A stretch of DNA of 64,000 nt, from the NCBI GenBank assembly GCA_963787835.1, contig CAWBEI010000003.1, positions 64,001 through 128,000 of the forward strand. Direction: 5' to 3'. Of the stretch, positions 56,480-64,000 are shown piece by piece. Made by a program: the position numbers and the translations under genes. Numbering within the stretch: the stretch's first letter is position 1; each line of letters opens with the position of its first letter. Origin of the DNA: Ignavibacteriota bacterium. GTDB lineage: Bacteria > Bacteroidota > Ignavibacteria > Palsa-1295. The notes below the pieces were generated by a model. It saw only the letters and a list, made by a program, of their open reading frames with translations, was not told the DNA's origin and did no database searches.

Positions 56480-56766
56480 TCTATTGGCAGTGCATCGAAC
56501 GAAATCATCCTTGCGAAGGTGCTAAGATTATTTTCCTGCTCGCCCAGAATGTCAATTTTTTGTTCGCCAAGCATTTCCCAGAGCTTCCAACGGATTTGAC
56601 CTATTGTTTTTCGCGGAACCGGCTGAGGATCGACGATCATCAGATCAATGTCTCCACCTCGTTTTGCATCATCAACCCGCGAGCCATAAAGATAGACTTT
56701 GGCATCTGGCAAGAACGAGAGGACGGTCTCCCGGATGGTCTGTTGCTCGAATTGAGTGAGTCGCAT
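56476..56766 (-). CDS. Minimal nucleotidyltransferase (MNT) antitoxin
   Basis: VYLYGSRVDDAKRGGDIDL, QKIDI. ATGA overlap with the HEPN gene. Confidence 0.88.
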   Translation of the reverse strand: MRLTQFEQQTIRETVLSFLPDAKVYLYGSRVDDAKRGGDIDLMIVDPQPVPRKTIGQIRWKLWEMLGEQKIDILGEQENNLSTFARMISFDALPIE

Positions 56767-56922
56767 GACGCTATATCTTCATTTGTGGCAGAAATGTTTC
56801 AGAATAACAAATACTCGGAGGTGCATCCTTGACGCAAGTTGTTGAACAATATCTGGTGCTGATTTTTTATTGATCGGTGTTCACTAACCCGCAACTCATA
56901 ATTCATCATTCATAATTCATCC

Positions 56923-57972
56923 TTGCTAAACGTAGGTATTGTCGGCGCCACAGGCGCAGTAGGAACGGAAATGCTCCGCGTGCTTGAAGAGCGCAACTTC
57001 CCGCTTTCAGAACTTCATCTTTATGCCAGCGAGCGTTCCGTGGGTAAAAAGATACCCTTTCTCGGTTCGCCGATCGCGATCGAGGCACTGACCGAGCGAT
57101 CGTTCGAGAATCTCGATATTGCACTTTTCAGCGCCGGAAGCGAGATAACAAGAAAATGGCGAAGCGCTGCCGAAAAAGGTGGCTGCATTATCATCGACAA
57201 TTCCAGTGCTTTTCGCATGGAGCAAGGCGTTCCCTTAGTTATCCCGGAGATCAATGCAGATGATCTGCGCGCACATCATGGAGTGATCGCAGTGCCCAAT
57301 TGTTCGACGATTGTCATGCTAATGGCTGTTGCGCCGTTACGCAAGTTTGGAGCTATAAAACGGATAGTCGTTTCAACGTACCAAGCCGTTAGTGGAGCTG
57401 GCGCAGCAGCCATCCGTGAATTAGAAGAAGAAACCGCCAACTTCTTGAAAAACAAGCAGTTGACGCATTCTAAGAAGCGAGATGGATCGGTTTTCCCTCA
57501 TCCGATCGCCTTTAATTTGTTCGCGCACAATACTGCAATTAATAATGCTGGATATAATGCCGAAGAGTGGAAAATGATCCACGAAACGAAGAAGATCTTG
57601 CATGATGAGGACATTCAAGTAACTGCTACCTGTGTCCGCGTACCAATATTTCGCGTTCATTCTGAAAGTGTCAATATCGAGTTCGATGCTTCTTCGCTCG
57701 GATGGTCTCGCCCGTCGGTGGAAGAAATAAGGGATGCAATTTCTGATTTCCCGGGAGCAGCTATTGTCGATGACCGAGCCAACAACCACTTCCCCATGCC
57801 GAACGAAGCAACGGGACTTTACGATGTGCTTGTCGGTCGAATCCGCCATGATGTGAGCAATCCTAACGCGATCGATCTTTTCGTTTGCGGCGATCAGCTT
57901 CTGAAAGGCGCAGCCCTTGATGCCGTCCAGATCGCAGAGAGCCTGATTGAGCAAGGACTGATCGCCACTTAA
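56923..57972 (+). CDS. asd: Aspartate-semialdehyde dehydrogenase
   Basis: VGATGAVG, FSAG, DNSSAFRM, PNCST, STYQAVSGAG, TCVRVP, GRIR, LLKGAA. Confidence 0.97.
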   Translation: MLNVGIVGATGAVGTEMLRVLEERNFPLSELHLYASERSVGKKIPFLGSPIAIEALTERSFENLDIALFSAGSEITRKWRSAAEKGGCIIIDNSSAFRMEQGVPLVIPEINADDLRAHHGVIAVPNCSTIVMLMAVAPLRKFGAIKRIVVSTYQAVSGAGAAAIRELEEETANFLKNKQLTHSKKRDGSVFPHPIAFNLFAHNTAINNAGYNAEEWKMIHETKKILHDEDIQVTATCVRVPIFRVHSESVNIEFDASSLGWSRPSVEEIRDAISDFPGAAIVDDRANNHFPMPNEATGLYDVLVGRIRHDVSNPNAIDLFVCGDQLLKGAALDAVQIAESLIEQGLIAT

Positions 57973-58038
57973 CCTCTGATTCCCCAACGGCAATTTCTGC
58001 ACGGGAGCCATCTTTGTTAGGATTCCGTTGGCTTCGGT

Positions 58039-61000
58039 ATGTCGCGCGGACTTCTCTTCATTGGCCTTATTCTTCTAAGCGCGCTTCCCGTGCATGGGCA
58101 GGTCGTCCTGAGCGTTGCCCAACCTGTTATCGATAGCTTCCCCATTGTTGATATTGCTGTAAACATAACAGATAGCGGTGGCCCAGCCACGCTTGTTAAT
58201 TCATCCAACTTTAGCGTCCGTGAAGATGGGATCCCCGCAACCGTACTCGGACTTCACGACTGCGATGGCGCTTCGAATGCCGCGATCGTTTTTATTATCG
58301 ACACGAGCGAGTCTATGAATGGAAGCCTCGGTTCCGGGCCATTCGCAAGCCGTAGCTACGGGATGTTCGATCATGCTCTTTCACAATTTCTTTCAAGTAT
58401 TCCGGGAGCATCTTCGCTCGCGCTTGTCCCTTTTGCAGATACTGCAAGCTATTCTTATCCCGGCAGCCCAAGTAATTTCTATGCATCCAACATCACAGCG
58501 GATACAACGGCCCTGATGGCACATGTCACTGCATTCCGTTACGTCGGAACGAATACAGAAGTGGACCCCGGTATTGCTCAGGCCGCACAGCTACTAACGA
58601 GAAACACCCTCCCACGCCGAGTTATGGTGCTTGTTACCGACGCTCCCGTCGATGAGGCCGATAGTGTTCAACTGTACCTTGACTCACTTGGTATTCAGCT
58701 TTATGTGCTGGATGTCGATCGCGATTCTGCCGTGGTTGATTACGCAAACCACGATCTCGCGATCGGAACCGGTGGTGCGTATTTCAAGGCTTACGATACA
58801 ACGCTCTATGCGCCGATGCTCCTCGATATTTCGAATCTTATATTTTCCGAACATTGCATTCTGGAATATCGAAGCCTCCTCCCATGCCCAAACTGGAATA
58901 CACACCAAGTTGAAGTCTCCTTAAATTATAATGGCACAACGGAACAAGCGTTTACCTCATACACATTGGGCCGCGTCACGCATGATTCGCTTCCACCTCG
59001 CCTGGCGCTCGACACACCCGGAATGTTCTCGCGTGTGCTTCACGCCTATGAATTTTCTGCGTGCGAGGGGAGAATGAAGTCGCTTACCGATTCAGCTTCT
59101 TCTAATTTTATAGTTATGCAACTCGGGTTTTCACCCGATTCCGCTACTGATTCTCTCTCCGTTATCGATACCCTGTTCCCCGCAGAGGCATATTTTGTGG
59201 CAACGGATTCCTCCGGCAACATAAGCCGTATTGATATTCACTATCAGCCTGAGCCTGACATTCACGCGCCGCAATTTGGCGCCCCAATGCACAACGCAAA
59301 CAGTATCGTAGAAACAATAGAAGAAATGCTTCCCTGGGATCGTGGCATCGATACGATCTATCTCTCGGCTGGAGCTAAAAATATTTTACTCGATAGCATT
59401 CACTATGCTGGTAACAGACTCGCACACGCCTATTTGCAAATTGTAAGCATCAATGATTCGGCACACGGCTGCATTGTTGCGATCGACTCTGTGGGCAATA
59501 CCGATAGCATTTGCATCGAATCTGGTGGCACGGTTGCCGATACACTTCCACCGCTCTTCGTTCAGGACCCTATTGCGGAACCGCGCCTGACACTTTCCGG
59601 CAAAGTAACCGACATGCGTCCGCATGACCGAGGTATTCGGGAAGTGATCTTGACGCCACTATCAAATACCGCAGCTCCCCAGGTCTTCTATGATTCTTCG
59701 CAGGAAGCAAGGGTAGGCGTATCGCTCTTGGATTCTATGTACCCCGCACGCGCACTTGTCGAAGCGTACGATAGCGCCGGTAACTTTTTGCGCGACTCGT
59801 TGAGATATGAGCCATTGCCTGACACCACACCGCCATTGATCTCAGTTACAACACCGACCAACTTTACATTTATCTTTTATGCCACCGACACTCAGGCATG
59901 GGATCGTGGCATCGCAAGCCTTGCGTTGCTTCCCTCTTCGGTCAACGCATCGTCGAGTCCGGCAATGTTTCTCGATGGCCACAGAGCAACTCTCACTGCA
60001 ACCATCACCGATCAGACACAAAACGCGACCATGATCGTGCAAGCGGTTGATAGCGCTGGGAATCAAACGACACGCACTGTCACGTATTCTGGCAATCCGC
60101 TTATACCGTTGGGAGATAGCATCATTGATTTCGGAACCGTCTCCGCACCGGCAACAATTACGCGATCGATTGCGCTTACTAATCGGAACGATGTTCCTGT
60201 CACAGTCAATGTTCAGAGTATGCAGGGCGACGCGGCAGAATTCACGATGCTTACACCCAGTCCGCTGACGTTCTCTGCCTACGGATCTCAAATAGTTGAG
60301 TTCGAATTTCATCCTTCCCTCATCGGGACGTATAAAGCCTCTGCAATACTTCAAGGCGTTGACACTCTTGGCAGCTTCACCTTGCTAGGGCGCAGCACGG
60401 GAACGATCCAGCTTGCGCTCGATACAACAACGGTAACAGTGGGTGGAAAAGGCGAACTCCATCTTTCGATCGACGTTGTGCCGAAGCCTTCCAATCTCGA
60501 CACCATAGGATTTACTTTGACCTATGATCCAAATTTTCTGACGTTCGGCGACCCTGAAAATTGCCCGAATGGCTCTCTCGACACTGGCATTTGTAATTAT
60601 CGTGCATTCTGGAGCGGTGGAACGGATGGGAACCGGCAAGCAATGCTTATTCGCACCGACACTACGAAAATATCAACACTTAGTTTTGGCCACACTGAGC
60701 TAACGTTCCCTTTCCAAACCTATGTATCAACAAACGAATCGACTGCAGTTCACATTCTCCCTCTCGCGACATACTCTGCAACTGTAGGTTCGGTGACAGA
60801 TGGACTTGTGATTGCTCAGGATACGTGCGCCACGGAAACGTTGCGTTCGGCGATGATGAGCCAGACACCATTTAAGATCATTTCGATAAATCCAGATCCC
60901 GCGCAATCGTCACTTACAGTTTCGGTTGAAAGTGCAACAGAATCCGACGCAGAAATTTGCATCGTTTCCTCATCCGGCATTACAGAGCACATATTTCCAT

Positions 61001-61128
61001 GTCACTTCTCGGCGGGTGAACAGAGCGTGCTACTTCCAGAACTTCCGGGATCCTCCGGAATGTATGAGATCGTTATTAAAGAAAATGGGAAGGTTATGGA
61101 TCGCCAGCCCATTGAGATCGTTCATTAA
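58039..61128 (+). CDS. Secreted VWA-domain protein with four internal Ig-like repeats and a T9SS-like C-terminus
   Basis: MIDAS IDTSES, LVTDA, repeats D-x-x-P-P...DRGI...DS-x-GN, ISINPDPA...SGMYEIVI...PIEIVH. Confidence 0.82.
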   Translation: MSRGLLFIGLILLSALPVHGQVVLSVAQPVIDSFPIVDIAVNITDSGGPATLVNSSNFSVREDGIPATVLGLHDCDGASNAAIVFIIDTSESMNGSLGSGPFASRSYGMFDHALSQFLSSIPGASSLALVPFADTASYSYPGSPSNFYASNITADTTALMAHVTAFRYVGTNTEVDPGIAQAAQLLTRNTLPRRVMVLVTDAPVDEADSVQLYLDSLGIQLYVLDVDRDSAVVDYANHDLAIGTGGAYFKAYDTTLYAPMLLDISNLIFSEHCILEYRSLLPCPNWNTHQVEVSLNYNGTTEQAFTSYTLGRVTHDSLPPRLALDTPGMFSRVLHAYEFSACEGRMKSLTDSASSNFIVMQLGFSPDSATDSLSVIDTLFPAEAYFVATDSSGNISRIDIHYQPEPDIHAPQFGAPMHNANSIVETIEEMLPWDRGIDTIYLSAGAKNILLDSIHYAGNRLAHAYLQIVSINDSAHGCIVAIDSVGNTDSICIESGGTVADTLPPLFVQDPIAEPRLTLSGKVTDMRPHDRGIREVILTPLSNTAAPQVFYDSSQEARVGVSLLDSMYPARALVEAYDSAGNFLRDSLRYEPLPDTTPPLISVTTPTNFTFIFYATDTQAWDRGIASLALLPSSVNASSSPAMFLDGHRATLTATITDQTQNATMIVQAVDSAGNQTTRTVTYSGNPLIPLGDSIIDFGTVSAPATITRSIALTNRNDVPVTVNVQSMQGDAAEFTMLTPSPLTFSAYGSQIVEFEFHPSLIGTYKASAILQGVDTLGSFTLLGRSTGTIQLALDTTTVTVGGKGELHLSIDVVPKPSNLDTIGFTLTYDPNFLTFGDPENCPNGSLDTGICNYRAFWSGGTDGNRQAMLIRTDTTKISTLSFGHTELTFPFQTYVSTNESTAVHILPLATYSATVGSVTDGLVIAQDTCATETLRSAMMSQTPFKIISINPDPAQSSLTVSVESATESDAEICIVSSSGITEHIFPCHFSAGEQSVLLPELPGSSGMYEIVIKENGKVMDRQPIEIVH

Positions 61129-61131
61129 TTC

Positions 61132-62511
61132 ATGTCAAAAGTAAAAACCCAATTCGTTTGCCAGTCCTGCGGCTATATTTCTCCTCGCTGGATCGGCAAA
61201 TGCTCCGAGTGCGGTTCGTGGAATAGTTTTGTCGAAGAATCTATCTCCGCTTCAACCGGCAGCGCAAAAGCATTGGGCGCTCGTGGATTTGAATCGAATA
61301 GCATGACAGCGCATCCCATTCGTCTCAGCGAAATAACCACCGAACAAGAAGGCCGCATCACCACTGGAATTGCCGAGTTCGATCGAGCTTTAGGCGGCGG
61401 CATCATGCCCGGTTCCATTGTACTCGTTGGTGGTGATCCGGGAATCGGAAAATCGACGTTGATGATGCAAGTTGTGCGTGGGCTCATGCCCGGTTCCAAC
61501 ACGCTTTATGTGTCCGGCGAAGAATCTGCTCGTCAACTTAAAAACCGTGCCGAACGGCTTGGGCTTGCTAATGATAATCTTTACGTGCTTGCCGAAACGA
61601 ATGTGGAAGCCGTGCTGGAAACCATTCGAAAAATGTCTCCCGATCTGATTATCGTCGATTCGATTCAAACGATGTACCGCCCGATGATCGAATCCGCGCC
61701 GGGGAGTGTATCCCAAGTGCGCGAATGCACTGCGCTTCTCATGCAAGCCGCAAAAATGACTGGCATCCCTGTTTTTGTTATCGGCCATGTCACGAAGGAA
61801 GGTATGATCGCCGGACCGAAAGTGCTGGAGCATATCGTCGATACCGTGCTGCAATTCGAAGGCGAGCGAACGCACACCTACCGCATCTTGCGCGCGGCAA
61901 AAAACCGGTATGGTTCGACGAACGAGATCGGCGTTTTTTCCATGACCTCGCAAGGATTGGAAGAAGTGCCAAACCCTTCGGAAGTATTTTTATCCGAACG
62001 CAGACAGAATGCAAGCGGATCGTCTGTAACGGCTGTGCTTGAAGGAACCCGGCCAGTGCTCATCGAAATTCAGGCGCTGGTAACGAATTCAAGTTACAGT
62101 ACGCCACAAAGGAATGTCACTGGTTACGACACCCGCCGAATCGCCATGCTCCTCGCTGTGCTCGAAAAACAATTAGGTGCGCGGCTCGGACACAGCGACA
62201 TATTCATCAATATCGCCGGGGGACTTTTCATCGACGAACCTGCCGCCGATCTTGCTATTGCGATGGCGGTACTTTCCAATCAGCTCGATCTGGCTATCGA
62301 TCCGCTTGCATGTCTTATTGGTGAGATCGGATTGGGTGGTGAAGTGCGTGCTGTGCCACAAGGGGAGCTGCGTGTTGCCGAAGCTATTAAGCTTGGATTT
62401 CAACATATCATTCTTCCAAGGGCAAATATGAAATCCATGCCGAAAGTGAGTGATAAAATCTCACTTCGTCCTGTAGCACATTTGTCAGAAGTAAAAACAC
62501 TTGTGCTATGA
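61132..62511 (+). CDS. radA: DNA repair protein RadA/Sms
   Basis: CQSCG...CSECGSWN zinc finger, GDPGIGKST, VDSIQT, KNRYG, Lon-like C-terminus. Confidence 0.97.
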   Translation: MSKVKTQFVCQSCGYISPRWIGKCSECGSWNSFVEESISASTGSAKALGARGFESNSMTAHPIRLSEITTEQEGRITTGIAEFDRALGGGIMPGSIVLVGGDPGIGKSTLMMQVVRGLMPGSNTLYVSGEESARQLKNRAERLGLANDNLYVLAETNVEAVLETIRKMSPDLIIVDSIQTMYRPMIESAPGSVSQVRECTALLMQAAKMTGIPVFVIGHVTKEGMIAGPKVLEHIVDTVLQFEGERTHTYRILRAAKNRYGSTNEIGVFSMTSQGLEEVPNPSEVFLSERRQNASGSSVTAVLEGTRPVLIEIQALVTNSSYSTPQRNVTGYDTRRIAMLLAVLEKQLGARLGHSDIFINIAGGLFIDEPAADLAIAMAVLSNQLDLAIDPLACLIGEIGLGGEVRAVPQGELRVAEAIKLGFQHIILPRANMKSMPKVSDKISLRPVAHLSEVKTLVL

Positions 62512-62526
62512 AAAAACTTTTTTTAC

Positions 62527-62654
62527 TGTCATTGCGAGGAGAGCATTCGCAACGAAGTGGAGAATGCTCGACAAAGCAATCTCTCGGTTACGAGGAAGAG
62601 ATTGCTTCGTCGAATCGAACTCCCTCCGGTCGTTCGATTCTCCTCGCAATGACA
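62527..62654. repeat. Palindromic RPE/REP-like element, copy 2
   Basis: TGTCATTGCGAGGAGA...TCTCCTCGCAATGACA with an AAGCAATCTCT/AGAGATTGCTT stem. Confidence 0.85.
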
Positions 62655-62673
62655 TCCTATACATTTTGATATA

Positions 62674-63273
62674 ATGAAACTCGTCCTCGCAACCCATAAT
62701 CGCCATAAGTGCGAAGAACTTCGCAAAATTCTTCACGCCGAACTTGGGAATTCCATCGAAGTGCTAACGCTCGATGATATTCACCCTCCCATTGGCGACA
62801 TCGAAGAAACCGGCACAACACTTGAGGAAAATGCGCTGATAAAAGCTCGCGCCGTTCATGAAATAACAAAGCTCCCGACGGTTGCCGACGATACCGGACT
62901 CGAAAGCGCGGCTCTGAATGGCGCACCGGGAGTCTATAGCGCACGCTATTCCGGTGAAAATGCAACCTATGCAAGCAATGTGAGCAAACTACTTGTAGAA
63001 ATGATTGGAAAAGAAGATCGAAGCGCAACATTCTCAACCGTCATTGCCTATATAGACGAACAAAATGATGCACATTTATTTCGAGGTGAAATTGATGGCG
63101 TAATTGCAACCGAACCTCGCGGCACCAATGGATTTGGATATGACCCGATCTTTATTCCAACAGAGAATACATCCCAAAAATCATTTGCAGAAATGGCCGA
63201 TGAGGAAAAGAATGCCATCAGTCACCGCGGACGCGCATTACGAGCGTTTATCCAATTTCTTCGAACCCCGTAA
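62674..63273 (+). CDS. rdgB: Non-canonical purine NTP pyrophosphatase (RdgB/HAM1)
   Basis: LATHNRHK, EETGTTLEENALIKA, ADDTGL, PGVYSARY, GFGYDPIF, SHRGRA. Confidence 0.96.
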   Translation: MKLVLATHNRHKCEELRKILHAELGNSIEVLTLDDIHPPIGDIEETGTTLEENALIKARAVHEITKLPTVADDTGLESAALNGAPGVYSARYSGENATYASNVSKLLVEMIGKEDRSATFSTVIAYIDEQNDAHLFRGEIDGVIATEPRGTNGFGYDPIFIPTENTSQKSFAEMADEEKNAISHRGRALRAFIQFLRTP

Positions 63274-63275
63274 CG

Positions 63276-63383
63276 TGTAGGACAGGCTTTCAGCCTGTCC
63301 CCGGGCTTCCAAGCCCGAATGAATTCCATTCTAACGGTCCGACGGGCTAAAAGCCCGGAAACAGACTAAAAGTCTGTTCAACA
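63276..63383. repeat. GTAG-type REP cluster between convergent genes
   Basis: Four short hairpins (GGACAGGCT/AGCCTGTCC, CGGGCTT/AAGCCCG, CGGGCT/AGCCCG, ACAGACT/AGTCTGT) within TGTAG...CAACA ends. Confidence 0.7.
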
Positions 63384-63387
63384 CAAG

Positions 63388-64000
63388 CTACTTTGCTTCC
63401 GAAAATTTTTTCTCGAACAACTCATTGACATCCCGCAGCTCGGGTTTTCGGGAACACAGCAGATCGACCTGGAACTTGTATGCTTCATCGTCCATTGCGC
63501 CGAGGCGATGCAACGCAACGATCGTCATCATGCCGAGCGCATCGTTTGGATGCCGGTCGAACGTGTTCTGAAGCAACTCGATGGCCTTTTGTTTCTGCTT
63601 TGGGTCGGAGGCGGCAATTTGTGCCATTCCGAACGAGGCATCGATCGCGTAGGCGTATGGCGCATAGCCGGAAAGACGGTAATACTCGATATCCCACAGC
63701 GTGCCGACGGAATCCATGGTGTGAACGATCTCGTCGTAGGCCCTCATCGCATCGGCGTTATTTTTCAATCCGCGCTCGAACTCTGCATAAGCCACGAGAA
63801 TGGATTCTTTCGAGGACTTAAACCGAAAGAGTGGCAATGCCTTTCTAAATAGTGAATCCGCGCTATGTGACCGCCCTTTTTGTACCTCGATGAGCGCCTC
63901 GCAGCCATACGCAATAGCCAGCGCGTCCTGATCTTTGCGGACTTCCGGATCGCGAGCAGTAACATCCCAGTTATGTAAAACATCATCGAGCGTTACTGTG
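63388..64000 (-). CDS. TPR-like helical protein, 5' part beyond the window
   Basis: The frame is open from the window end (TVTLDDVLHNWDV...ADSLFRKALPLF...) to the stop at 63388. Helical repeat pattern AYAEF...AMRAYDEI and KAIELLQ...HPND. Confidence 0.65.
   Translation of the reverse strand, partial: TVTLDDVLHNWDVTARDPEVRKDQDALAIAYGCEALIEVQKGRSHSADSLFRKALPLFRFKSSKESILVAYAEFERGLKNNADAMRAYDEIVHTMDSVGTLWDIEYYRLSGYAPYAYAIDASFGMAQIAASDPKQKQKAIELLQNTFDRHPNDALGMMTIVALHRLGAMDDEAYKFQVDLLCSRKPELRDVNELFEKKFSEAK

Overview
Bacterial chromosomal DNA with no rRNA, tRNA or CRISPR array that I can see. Several secreted proteins with T9SS-like C-terminal domains, TATATTTG promoter-like motifs and an Ignavibacteria-type LysM protein suggest an FCB-group organism (Ignavibacteria/Kapabacteria-like; inference). 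Most of the window is housekeeping: miaA, pcm, dacA, phoH, malic enzyme, dut, fbp, rplT/rpmI/infC/thrS, ruvB, asd, radA and rdgB. Accessory content includes a block at about 22.2-26.7 kb (orphan membrane proteins and a BrnT/BrnA toxin-antitoxin pair bracketed by homologous repeats), an RND operon with two close paralogous transporters, a metal locus (CxxC/RAPP leader, TonB-dependent receptor, atypical P1B ATPase), an MNT-HEPN pair coupled to a frameshifted DnaJ/CbpA gene, and five large secreted proteins. The top observations are: (1) a heptamer tract that puts the likely start codon of a 1,400-aa surface protein out of frame (candidate phase-variation switch); (2) a two-copy ~200-nt element with conserved base-pairing, one copy in the thrS leader; (3) promoter-bearing direct repeats that head successive gene cassettes; (4) a CruR/CutF-like RAPP leader ahead of the metal-transport genes. 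All calls come from reading motifs by eye; no database searches were run.
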